Positions 1 through 7,181 of a DNA stretch of 64,000 nt are shown piece by piece. Below the pieces are notes generated by a model. The model saw nothing but the letters and a program-made list of their open reading frames with translations. It did not search any database and was not told the origin of the DNA. The stretch comes from Candidatus Cloacimonadales bacterium (GTDB lineage: Bacteria; Cloacimonadota; Cloacimonadia; Cloacimonadales; JAIOQZ01): the NCBI GenBank assembly GCA_963662655.2, contig CAXXTU010000001.1:32001-96000 (forward strand), in the 5' to 3' direction. A program made the position numbers and the translations under genes. How positions within the stretch are numbered: position 1 is the first letter of the stretch; each line of letters opens with the position of its first letter.

Positions 1-1
1 C

Positions 2-3000
2 CAGCAAACGAATACCACGCTCTTCCGCAAGATCATGTGGGATGACCTCGGCGGTTGGGACGAGCGCATGAACGACGGCTATGTCGATTGGGAATTCTGG
101 ATCCGTGGCACGAAGCGTGGCTGGCTTGGCGAGCAGCTCGATGCCTGCCTGTTCTTCTATCGCCGCAAAGGCGATTCCACCGTTATGGCCGCGAAAAACA
201 AGGGGCCTCGCCTGAAGCTGAAGATCATGGCGTTACACCCGGATATCTACCAGGCCAACGGCGTATCCGAAGACGATCCCCGGCTGGCGCGAAAAAACTT
301 TATCGATCCGCAGTTTATCCGGCAGGATTTCCGGCTTCCCGAGCGGAAAGCCGCACCAACGCAGGCCAGAAATCCATTCGTGCTTCGCATCGAGCCGCAG
401 AAATCCCAGGAAGCGCCGCGCATCTTGTTCATTTGCCACGACTTCCCGCCCTACCGCATGGCCGGAGCGCAGCTATACGCGCTCAACCTGGCAAAAAAGC
501 TCAACCAGACCGGCAAGGCACGAGTCGATGTGCTGTATGCCGTCTGGCGCAATCCCGCCCATCTCGACTACACGATCCGGGAAAGCTCATTCGAAGGACT
601 CCGCGTGTATGAACTCGGGAAACCCCCGGTTCTGGAACCGATGAAAGTCTTCGACGAGAAGACCGTTCCGGCGGTGAGGAATCTCCTGAAGAAAAATCGC
701 TATCAAGCCGTACACATTCACGGCCTCGGGCAGATCACCCTTGCCCCCGCCCTGCTCGCGAAGGAAATGGGACTTCCGCTTTACGCCACGCTGCACGATT
801 ATTGGCTTCTCTGCGATCATTGGCACATGATACGAACCGATCAAAGCCAGTGCTCGGGCCCGACCTCGGCGGATAAATGCGCGAAATGCTATATTCATGA
901 TTACATGGATGAGACCTCACCCGAGATCGAGCAGCAGGCAGTGCAGTATCAGGAGTATCGCCGCGGTATGATGCGGAAGCTGTTTTCATCTTACGATCGC
1001 ATGTTCGCCCCCAGTCGATACCTGGCATCGCGCTTCGCGGAGTTCGGATTCAAGGGCATCGAAGTAGCGCCCCTGGGCTTCGAGTATGGCGAAGTCCAGA
1101 CGAGAAGACCGGGCGACGGACTCTTCCATTTCGGCTACACAGGCCAGATGATCCCACGCAAAGGCGTCAACTTCATGATCGAAGCATTCATGCAGCTCCC
1201 GCATGAGAACGCACGCCTGGACCTGTATGGCCCCATCGAGGACATCCATGCACAGGCATTGCAACAGCAAGCTTCACGAGATCGCCGCATACGCTTCCAC
1301 GGACGTTACGAGCCCGAACAGCTCGACGCCATCATGCGCACGTTCGACATGGCGGTGGTTCCGTCTTTGATGGAAAACTATCCACTGGTCGTCCAGGAGG
1401 CATTCCTGCGAAGGACGCCCGTTATCGCCACTTCGGTAGGCGGAATTCCCGAGGTTGTCATAGACAACGAGAACGGCTATCTGGTGCAATCGGAATCGGT
1501 TGAATCAATTTTGCAAGCGATGAAGAAGGTACTTTCGGATCCATCCTGTGTGGACCGCTTCGCTGCGAACATCCAGCCTGTCCGGAGACTCGGCGAGGAT
1601 GCCGAATTCTATTCAGACGTCTATGCAAAGAAGAAACCTCGCGCTATGTTCTATTTCTTCAAGAATGTGCATGTCCCGATTCTCATGCAGCTCTACCGGC
1701 AGTTTATTAAAACTGCGCCGCATTGGGAGGTCGGCTTCTCGTTTTTGCCCTCAGCTCCCCAGATTCGTGCGGGCTTTACTGTCGCACAGATTCAATCGCT
1801 CGAGTTACCGGAAGTTACGATCACACGCACGCCACAGGAATTCAAGCCGGACATCACGTTCATCGCCGATTCCGCCTATCCCTGGGTGAAGAACTGCGGA
1901 AAGCTCGTCCACATTGGACACGGCGTTCTCTCCAAAGGCCAGTATTATACCAACACACCCATCGTTCGTCGTGACGACGCAGCGGCGCTGGTTTGCGTTC
2001 CGGGAAGCATTCACAGAGCGAACCTCCGGGGCGTATTGCAAACTCGCGTCGAAGTGACCGGCATGGCGAAACTGGATCCCCTTTTCGGCGGTGAGATTTC
2101 CCGCGACTCGGCAGCGAACTCACTTGGCGTATCGCCGCATCGTAAATACATCCTCTTCGCCCCTACTTTCAACGATGAGCTCTCGGCAATACCATTCGTC
2201 GGCATTCGCATACAGCAGGTGTTGCCATCCGATGATTACACGCTCCTCATCAAGCTTCACGGCAGCGCGAAAAAAGAATATGTTATAATGTACCAGCAGC
2301 TTGCGGAACGAAACACCGACGTCGTCCTCATCGATGACCTGATAGCAGGCATGGCCCTGGCGGATGTGATGATCTCCGATGTCTCTTCCGCCATGATGGA
2401 GTTTGCCGCGCTGGATAAACCGGTTGTCCTCTTCGACAACCCGCATTGGGCGCAATACAAAAACTACAATCCCTCCGACATCGATTTCCGCTGGCGGGAT
2501 ATCGGAATCCGTGTAAAGGATGTCAACGAGATGCGGATGGCTGTCATACGATCCCTGCAAGACCCGCAGGAGTTATCTCAGAAGCGTAAGCACTATACAG
2601 ATCAGCTTTTTGCCAATAAATACGACGGCAAGGCTTCCGAAAGAATCGTCGCCGCCGCCCTCTCGCTGGTGGAGAAGGCCCTTGAGAAACCTAAGCCAAC
2701 CAAGCCTGTCAGTCCGAAGCGGGAAACCAATGCCCAAAGCGACACGGGCGTCCGGTTCACCTACGTTGGAGATTTCTCGAAGGACAGCGGTGTGGATGTG
2801 ATGCTCGAAGCATTCCGCGAGCTCCCGCAGGAAGGGTGGACGCTCACACTGCACGGAGACCAGCAAACGGCCTGGGATCAAGCTGAATTCTCGGAAATCA
2901 TACGGCAAATTCCCCGCGTACAGATGATGGAGGAAGTGGACCGGAAGCGGCTCAATGACGGCTCGGTAATGATCATTCCATCCCGGGCAGGCAATCACAA

Positions 3001-3211
3001 CCATGTGATCAGGGAAGCGCTGCGAAAAGGCGTTCCCGTTATCGCCTCCGAAGGCGAGGGTGTTCGAGATGTCCTCCAGGACCGCGTTGAAGGCTTCATC
3101 GTCCCCTCGGGCGATTCAATTGCGCTGCGGCGTGTCCTGAACATCCTTGTAAACACACCCGAGCTTCTGAAGTTGATGGAGAGAAGCGTCCGCCAGAACC
3201 ATGCCGGATGA
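2..3211 (+). CDS. Multi-domain glycosyltransferase, 5'-partial: end of GT2 domain + GT4 + CDP-glycerol glycerophosphotransferase (TagF-like) domain + C-terminal GT-B half
   Basis: The frame is open from the window edge. GT2 tail: GGWDERM...DWEFWIR. GT4: GGA-like MAGAQ, TLHDYW, ENYPLVVQEAF, SVGGIPE. TagF-like: HG, GMAKLD, FAPTF, IKLH, SDVSS motifs. The C-terminus has EALRKGVPVIAS. Confidence 0.85.
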   Translation, partial: QQTNTTLFRKIMWDDLGGWDERMNDGYVDWEFWIRGTKRGWLGEQLDACLFFYRRKGDSTVMAAKNKGPRLKLKIMALHPDIYQANGVSEDDPRLARKNFIDPQFIRQDFRLPERKAAPTQARNPFVLRIEPQKSQEAPRILFICHDFPPYRMAGAQLYALNLAKKLNQTGKARVDVLYAVWRNPAHLDYTIRESSFEGLRVYELGKPPVLEPMKVFDEKTVPAVRNLLKKNRYQAVHIHGLGQITLAPALLAKEMGLPLYATLHDYWLLCDHWHMIRTDQSQCSGPTSADKCAKCYIHDYMDETSPEIEQQAVQYQEYRRGMMRKLFSSYDRMFAPSRYLASRFAEFGFKGIEVAPLGFEYGEVQTRRPGDGLFHFGYTGQMIPRKGVNFMIEAFMQLPHENARLDLYGPIEDIHAQALQQQASRDRRIRFHGRYEPEQLDAIMRTFDMAVVPSLMENYPLVVQEAFLRRTPVIATSVGGIPEVVIDNENGYLVQSESVESILQAMKKVLSDPSCVDRFAANIQPVRRLGEDAEFYSDVYAKKKPRAMFYFFKNVHVPILMQLYRQFIKTAPHWEVGFSFLPSAPQIRAGFTVAQIQSLELPEVTITRTPQEFKPDITFIADSAYPWVKNCGKLVHIGHGVLSKGQYYTNTPIVRRDDAAALVCVPGSIHRANLRGVLQTRVEVTGMAKLDPLFGGEISRDSAANSLGVSPHRKYILFAPTFNDELSAIPFVGIRIQQVLPSDDYTLLIKLHGSAKKEYVIMYQQLAERNTDVVLIDDLIAGMALADVMISDVSSAMMEFAALDKPVVLFDNPHWAQYKNYNPSDIDFRWRDIGIRVKDVNEMRMAVIRSLQDPQELSQKRKHYTDQLFANKYDGKASERIVAAALSLVEKALEKPKPTKPVSPKRETNAQSDTGVRFTYVGDFSKDSGVDVMLEAFRELPQEGWTLTLHGDQQTAWDQAEFSEIIRQIPRVQMMEEVDRKRLNDGSVMIIPSRAGNHNHVIREALRKGVPVIASEGEGVRDVLQDRVEGFIVPSGDSIALRRVLNILVNTPELLKLMERSVRQNHAG

Positions 3212-3300
3212 TAGTAAATGTTATTCGCGATGAGCATATAAGTCTCTGTTGATTCTCTGGTGAGTAATAACCTATTCCAGCACCTCGTGCTTTCTGCACC

Positions 3301-3423
3301 ATTTCGTTTTTGCTTCGCAAAAGCCGAAATGCAATAGGAAATTTACTATCCACTTTCGCTATTTCGCTTCGCGAAAGGCTTTCGTTCGATGATTTCGTTT
3401 TTGCTTCGCAAAAGCCGAAATGC
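3301..3423. repeat. Hairpin-repeat element (REP-like): two identical 32-bp palindromic units flanking a shorter hairpin
   Basis: ATTTCGTTTTTGCTTCGCAAAAGCCGAAATGC occurs at 3301-3332 and 3392-3423. The intervening DNA contains TTTCGC-TTC-GCGAAA. A homologous inverted copy lies at 29204-29276. Confidence 0.85.
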
Positions 3424-3425
3424 GG

Positions 3426-3461
3426 AACACGCCCCCTCGGGATTGAAGGGGCGTGCTTTTT
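3426..3461. terminator. GC-rich stem-loop between convergent genes, probable intrinsic terminator
   Basis: CACGCCCC (3428-3435) pairs with GGGGCGTG (3448-3455), followed by CTTTTT on +. On the minus strand the stem extends to about 13 bp with G-U pairs. Confidence 0.65.
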
Positions 3462-3481
3462 ATGTGGTGCAGTTGCCGGGC

Positions 3482-3706
3482 TTATTCTGGGGAGGCTTCC
3501 GGCTTCACGATCGTTAGCTCATACTTCCGATGAAGCTGTTTCACCTTTTCGAGCGTATTCGTGAAGGTCGCATGATCGTAATAGTAGATGATATTCTTGA
3601 TTCTGGATTCATCCGTCGTTACCGTGAAGCCTATCGAACCTTTGTTCATGTCCGAGCGGGACTGAGTGATTTGGATGAGTCCAATATCGATAATATTTTC
3701 TACCAT
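3482..3706 (-). CDS. Small hypothetical protein (74 aa, MVENIIDIGL...KPEASPE), probable sigma54-dependent target
   Basis: A GGAGG RBS (3719-3715) lies 8 nt before the ATG at 3706. The gene sits immediately downstream of a -24/-12 motif. The longer start at 3748 falls at the edge of the promoter and has no RBS. Confidence 0.65.
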   Translation of the reverse strand: MVENIIDIGLIQITQSRSDMNKGSIGFTVTTDESRIKNIIYYYDHATFTNTLEKVKQLHRKYELTIVKPEASPE

Positions 3707-3731
3707 TTCCAGAACCTCCACTCTTCTATAT

Positions 3732-3747
3732 TGCATAAGCCATGCCA
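3732..3747 (-). promoter_or_regulatory. Sigma54 (-24/-12) promoter
   Basis: The minus strand reads TGGCATGGCTTATGCA, i.e. GG-N10-GC, close to the consensus TGGCACG-N4-TTGCW. Predicted +1 is about 3721, just upstream of the RBS. Confidence 0.75.
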
Positions 3748-3828
3748 TTCAGGATCACGAGGGGATTAATGAGTGCAAAGTGTTTAGATACAGGAGTTTA
3801 GACCGTCCATACCGAGGAGAAACGGAGA

Positions 3829-3883
3829 TCACGAAAACGTGACGAATCACGATACCGTGACGATGAAAATGGCGGAAACGTGA
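3829..3883. promoter_or_regulatory. Putative upstream activator sequences: tandem TCACG-N4-CGTGA palindromes
   Basis: TCACG-AAAA-CGTGA (3829-3842), TCACG-ATAC-CGTGA (3847-3860) and a degenerate TGGCG-GAAA-CGTGA (3870-3883). They lie about -108 to -162 from the predicted sigma54 start. Confidence 0.7.
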
Positions 3884-3901
3884 TGGTTGGGCCAGGGGGG
3901 G

Positions 3902-6163
3902 CTACTTCAAATCGTACTTTTTCATTTTGCGAAAGATGGCATTCTGCGAGATACCAAGCAGCTCTGCCGCTTTTTTCTGATTCCATTTCGACCGATCGAG
4001 AGCGGTTTTCACCAGTTCCCGCTCGTTCTCATCCAGATTGAGGTTTTGACGCACCTCGATCGATGCGAGATTGTTTTTCACCTCTTTGACGGGGAGGATC
4101 TTACGGGCAATCGATTCATTCAATATCCGATCGTCGGCGAGAATAATCGCACGTTCGATCAGGTTTCGCAGTTCCCTCACGTTGCCCGGGAAACTGTAAG
4201 AACGGAATTTCTCGATGAATCCCTCCGTTATGTTGGAGGGTTCTCGGTTCAGCTTCTTTCCGATCAGATCAATGTAATGCCACATGAGAACGATGATATC
4301 CTCGGGCCGCTCCCGCAATGGTGGGATATAGATTTCGATGGTATTGAGCCGGTGGAGCAGGTCATACCTGAATTGATCGTCCTCCACGACTTGATGGATG
4401 TCCCTGTTGGTGGAGGCGATCACACGGAAATCGACATCGATGGGCGTGCTGTCCCCGACACGGATAATCTTCTTCTCTTCGATGGCGCGCAGGAGTTTGG
4501 CCTGGAAATCGAGAGGCATTTCGGTGATTTCATCCAGAAACAGCGTACCCCTGTTCGCTTGCTGAATAAATCCACGCTTGTCGCAGTCGGCGCTCGTGAA
4601 GGCACCTTTCACATGCCCAAAAAACTCGCTTTCAAAAAGGTTTTCGCTGATCGCGCTGCTGTTGATCGCGCAGAAATAGGCATCCTTGCGAACGCTCGCG
4701 TGATGGATAATCCGCGAGATAATCTCCTTGCCAACACCGCTCTCCCCGTAGATGATCACGTTGACGTCCGGATGCATCGCCGCCCTCATCGCCATGTCGT
4801 GCACGTCTCGTATCTGCTGGCTCTTGCCAATCAACTGATGCCCCACCTGCTGCTGAAGATCGGCGTTGAGAAGCTCGCACCGCTCTTGTAGATTCTCGTA
4901 CTGGGTATTCAGAATGTCGTAACGCTTCTTGATGTTCGAGATATCTTCATGGGAGGTGAAGTCATACACCCTTTCGTAATACCGAACGCACTCCAGCAGA
5001 TAGCCGTAAGCGTCCTCGAAATCGCCCCTTTCGGCAGAATTGTAGGAGAGATTCCGGTAGGCCTCTCCGAGGTGCGTTTTCAGGTTGTGTTCCTTGAGGA
5101 TGTCGATCCCGCGCTTGATATACTCTTCCGCGGTCGAGTAGTTACCGCTAATGCGCTCGCACGAGCCAATATTGATGTTCAACAAGGCGTACAATTGAGG
5201 ATTTTCCTCTTTGTGTATCGATTCGAGAGCCTTCATGTAATACTTCATCGCCTTCTTCACCTGATTCAGGCCGAAATAGATATTGGCGATGTTGTTGTAA
5301 AGCGTGCCCCGCTGCCAGAACATGTTCAATTCGGTGTAGAGCTTCAGCGCTTTGAAGTAGGATTTCAGGGCGTTCGCCAGATCGTTCGTCTTATGGTATA
5401 CGACGCCGAGATTGATGAACAGCACCGCGAGCATCTGCTTGTCGCCCAGTTTCTCGAGCTCGTCCTGTCCTTTCGAGTAGTACTCGAAAGCCTTGTCGTA
5501 TTCCTGAAGATTGCGATAGCAGTTGCCGATATTGAGGATGATCCGGCCCTTGACTTTCTCGACCTTGTACTCGATGCTCATACGCCAGGCAAGCATGTAA
5601 TACTCGAGCGCTCGCTTGTATAATTCCTGCTTCACCAAGCCGGTAGCCATTTTATTGTATGTTTGAATCAAAACTTCATGGTTGCCCAACTTACGATTGA
5701 GGACGATCGACCGTTCATAGTAAGCTTGCGCTTTTTTTAAATCCCCGAGCTCCATGTATGCAAAGCCGATGTTCTGGTACCTGCTCGGATTCAAGCTTTC
5801 GTCTCCCATCCGGGCAACGATCTCGTCGATCTTCAGGCAATGGTTCAACATCGAACGGATGTCGTTGTTCATCCAGTAGGAGTTGGCGATTTCATTGTGA
5901 CTCATAGCGAGCAAATCAAGCAGGTGATGAACCTCGAGAAGCGGCATGACTTTCTCCAGGATGTTCATCCCTTCAGCCATTTGCCTAAGCTTGAGCTTGC
6001 CAATGCCCTTGAGAGTCTGAAGTTCGAGATATGCATTCGATCGGGGATTGGCTGGCATCTCCTTGAGATGTTTCTCAACAAGCTGTAGCGTTTCCTCCGG
6101 CTTCGTATGGATATCCTTCCGCGCCGCCGTCAAGAATGAAACGATTGAATGGTCCTCCATCAA
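3902..6163 (-). CDS. TPR-repeat sigma54-dependent enhancer-binding protein (TPR-AAA+-Fis HTH)
   Basis: About 400 aa of TPR repeats (e.g. NIGNCYRNLQEYDKAFEYY), Walker A GESGVGKE, GAFTSA loop, Walker B FLDE, FPGNVREL, and a C-terminal HTH (KAAELLGIS). No receiver domain. Confidence 0.92.
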   Translation of the reverse strand: MMEDHSIVSFLTAARKDIHTKPEETLQLVEKHLKEMPANPRSNAYLELQTLKGIGKLKLRQMAEGMNILEKVMPLLEVHHLLDLLAMSHNEIANSYWMNNDIRSMLNHCLKIDEIVARMGDESLNPSRYQNIGFAYMELGDLKKAQAYYERSIVLNRKLGNHEVLIQTYNKMATGLVKQELYKRALEYYMLAWRMSIEYKVEKVKGRIILNIGNCYRNLQEYDKAFEYYSKGQDELEKLGDKQMLAVLFINLGVVYHKTNDLANALKSYFKALKLYTELNMFWQRGTLYNNIANIYFGLNQVKKAMKYYMKALESIHKEENPQLYALLNINIGSCERISGNYSTAEEYIKRGIDILKEHNLKTHLGEAYRNLSYNSAERGDFEDAYGYLLECVRYYERVYDFTSHEDISNIKKRYDILNTQYENLQERCELLNADLQQQVGHQLIGKSQQIRDVHDMAMRAAMHPDVNVIIYGESGVGKEIISRIIHHASVRKDAYFCAINSSAISENLFESEFFGHVKGAFTSADCDKRGFIQQANRGTLFLDEITEMPLDFQAKLLRAIEEKKIIRVGDSTPIDVDFRVIASTNRDIHQVVEDDQFRYDLLHRLNTIEIYIPPLRERPEDIIVLMWHYIDLIGKKLNREPSNITEGFIEKFRSYSFPGNVRELRNLIERAIILADDRILNESIARKILPVKEVKNNLASIEVRQNLNLDENERELVKTALDRSKWNQKKAAELLGISQNAIFRKMKKYDLK

Positions 6164-6224
6164 TACCCCGATCTATCCAAGTTTTTGCATTTGAATTTTA
6201 CCAGCATGATTCGTACAATTGACT

Positions 6225-7007
6225 TCACTGAATTAATGATATCGAATGAGTCAATGAAAAAAGCAAAACCAACGAAAATAATAAAATTCCGACAACCTGC
6301 ACCAGATAGTCCCACATCGTCAGGCGTTCGAGCATGAAATCCGTTCGCATCTTCCGATAGCGAAATCCCCGCATCTCCAGCGATATTGACCGATACTTCA
6401 CATCGTTCAAAACACCTGCCACGATTGGCACGACAAGGCAAGAAATCGCCTTTCCTCGTTTGAGAACCGGGATGTCGCCCAGCCTGATCCCACGTACCTG
6501 TAGCGCTTCCCTTATCACCGTGATCTGTCGGCGAAACATCGGGATGAAATGGATCGTGGAGGCGATCAAGAAGGAAATCTCGTACGGGATTTTCCATGCG
6601 CGGAAGGCCCTGAGATAATCCGTGAACGGATAATCGAACAGCAAACCCGCAACGAGAACGATCAGAAACAGTCGCATCGAAGTTACCGCCGCATAGGTGA
6701 GCCCCGTTTCGGTTATCAGCAGCAGATGCCATTGAAACAACGGCTCACCTCCCCGGCGTAACAGCACTTGCGCTATGAAGATCGCTACGATCACCCGGAA
6801 TATCCGTTTGATTCGATGCAGGATCCTGACAATCGATTGCCTACTTCGATTTTTTACTATCAGAATCAGACAGGTAAAAGCGATTGCTGCCGCCTGAATC
6901 GTAATGGATTGTGATGCGATAGCAAGCGAAGAGATCAGCATAACCAGAACCAGCATCGTTCTGAGGCTCAATTGATTAGGCCTTTTTATCTGTTGGAATT
7001 CCTGCAT
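6225..7007 (-). CDS. ecfT: Energy-coupling factor transporter transmembrane (T) component
   Basis: Multiple TM helices, the HFIPMF segment, and paired X-R-G motifs (LQVRG, LEMRG) typical of EcfT/CbiQ coupling helices. Confidence 0.85.
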   Translation of the reverse strand: MQEFQQIKRPNQLSLRTMLVLVMLISSLAIASQSITIQAAAIAFTCLILIVKNRSRQSIVRILHRIKRIFRVIVAIFIAQVLLRRGGEPLFQWHLLLITETGLTYAAVTSMRLFLIVLVAGLLFDYPFTDYLRAFRAWKIPYEISFLIASTIHFIPMFRRQITVIREALQVRGIRLGDIPVLKRGKAISCLVVPIVAGVLNDVKYRSISLEMRGFRYRKMRTDFMLERLTMWDYLVQVVGILLFSLVLLFSLTHSISLIQ

Positions 7008-7181
7008 TTTATTATCCCCGGAAAGCGGAAATCACCGCCAGCTCTTTTATTTTTTATATGTCTGCAAATGAATATCTTACAGATGTTTTACGTTTTTCCT
7101 TCGACATTTGGCGTTCATTGAGCATATTATTATTAGGATGTAAAGGAAAAAAGCAGGCAGGAAGCCACGAGCATTATCGAG

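Noticed and set aside
3301..3423. Mini CRISPR array (two 32-bp palindromic repeats)
   Set aside because: There are only two units and the 59-bp spacer is too long. The spacer is itself hairpin-forming and is partly conserved in the copy at 29204-29276. No cas genes are in the window.
3530..3769. 79-aa plus-strand ORF opposite the small gene
   Set aside because: It has no RBS or promoter support, whereas the minus-strand ORF has an RBS, a sigma54 motif and upstream sites.
3887..4891. 334-aa plus-strand ORF
   Set aside because: Antisense shadow of the conserved sigma54 AAA+ domain. The same artefact occurs at 16917-18251.
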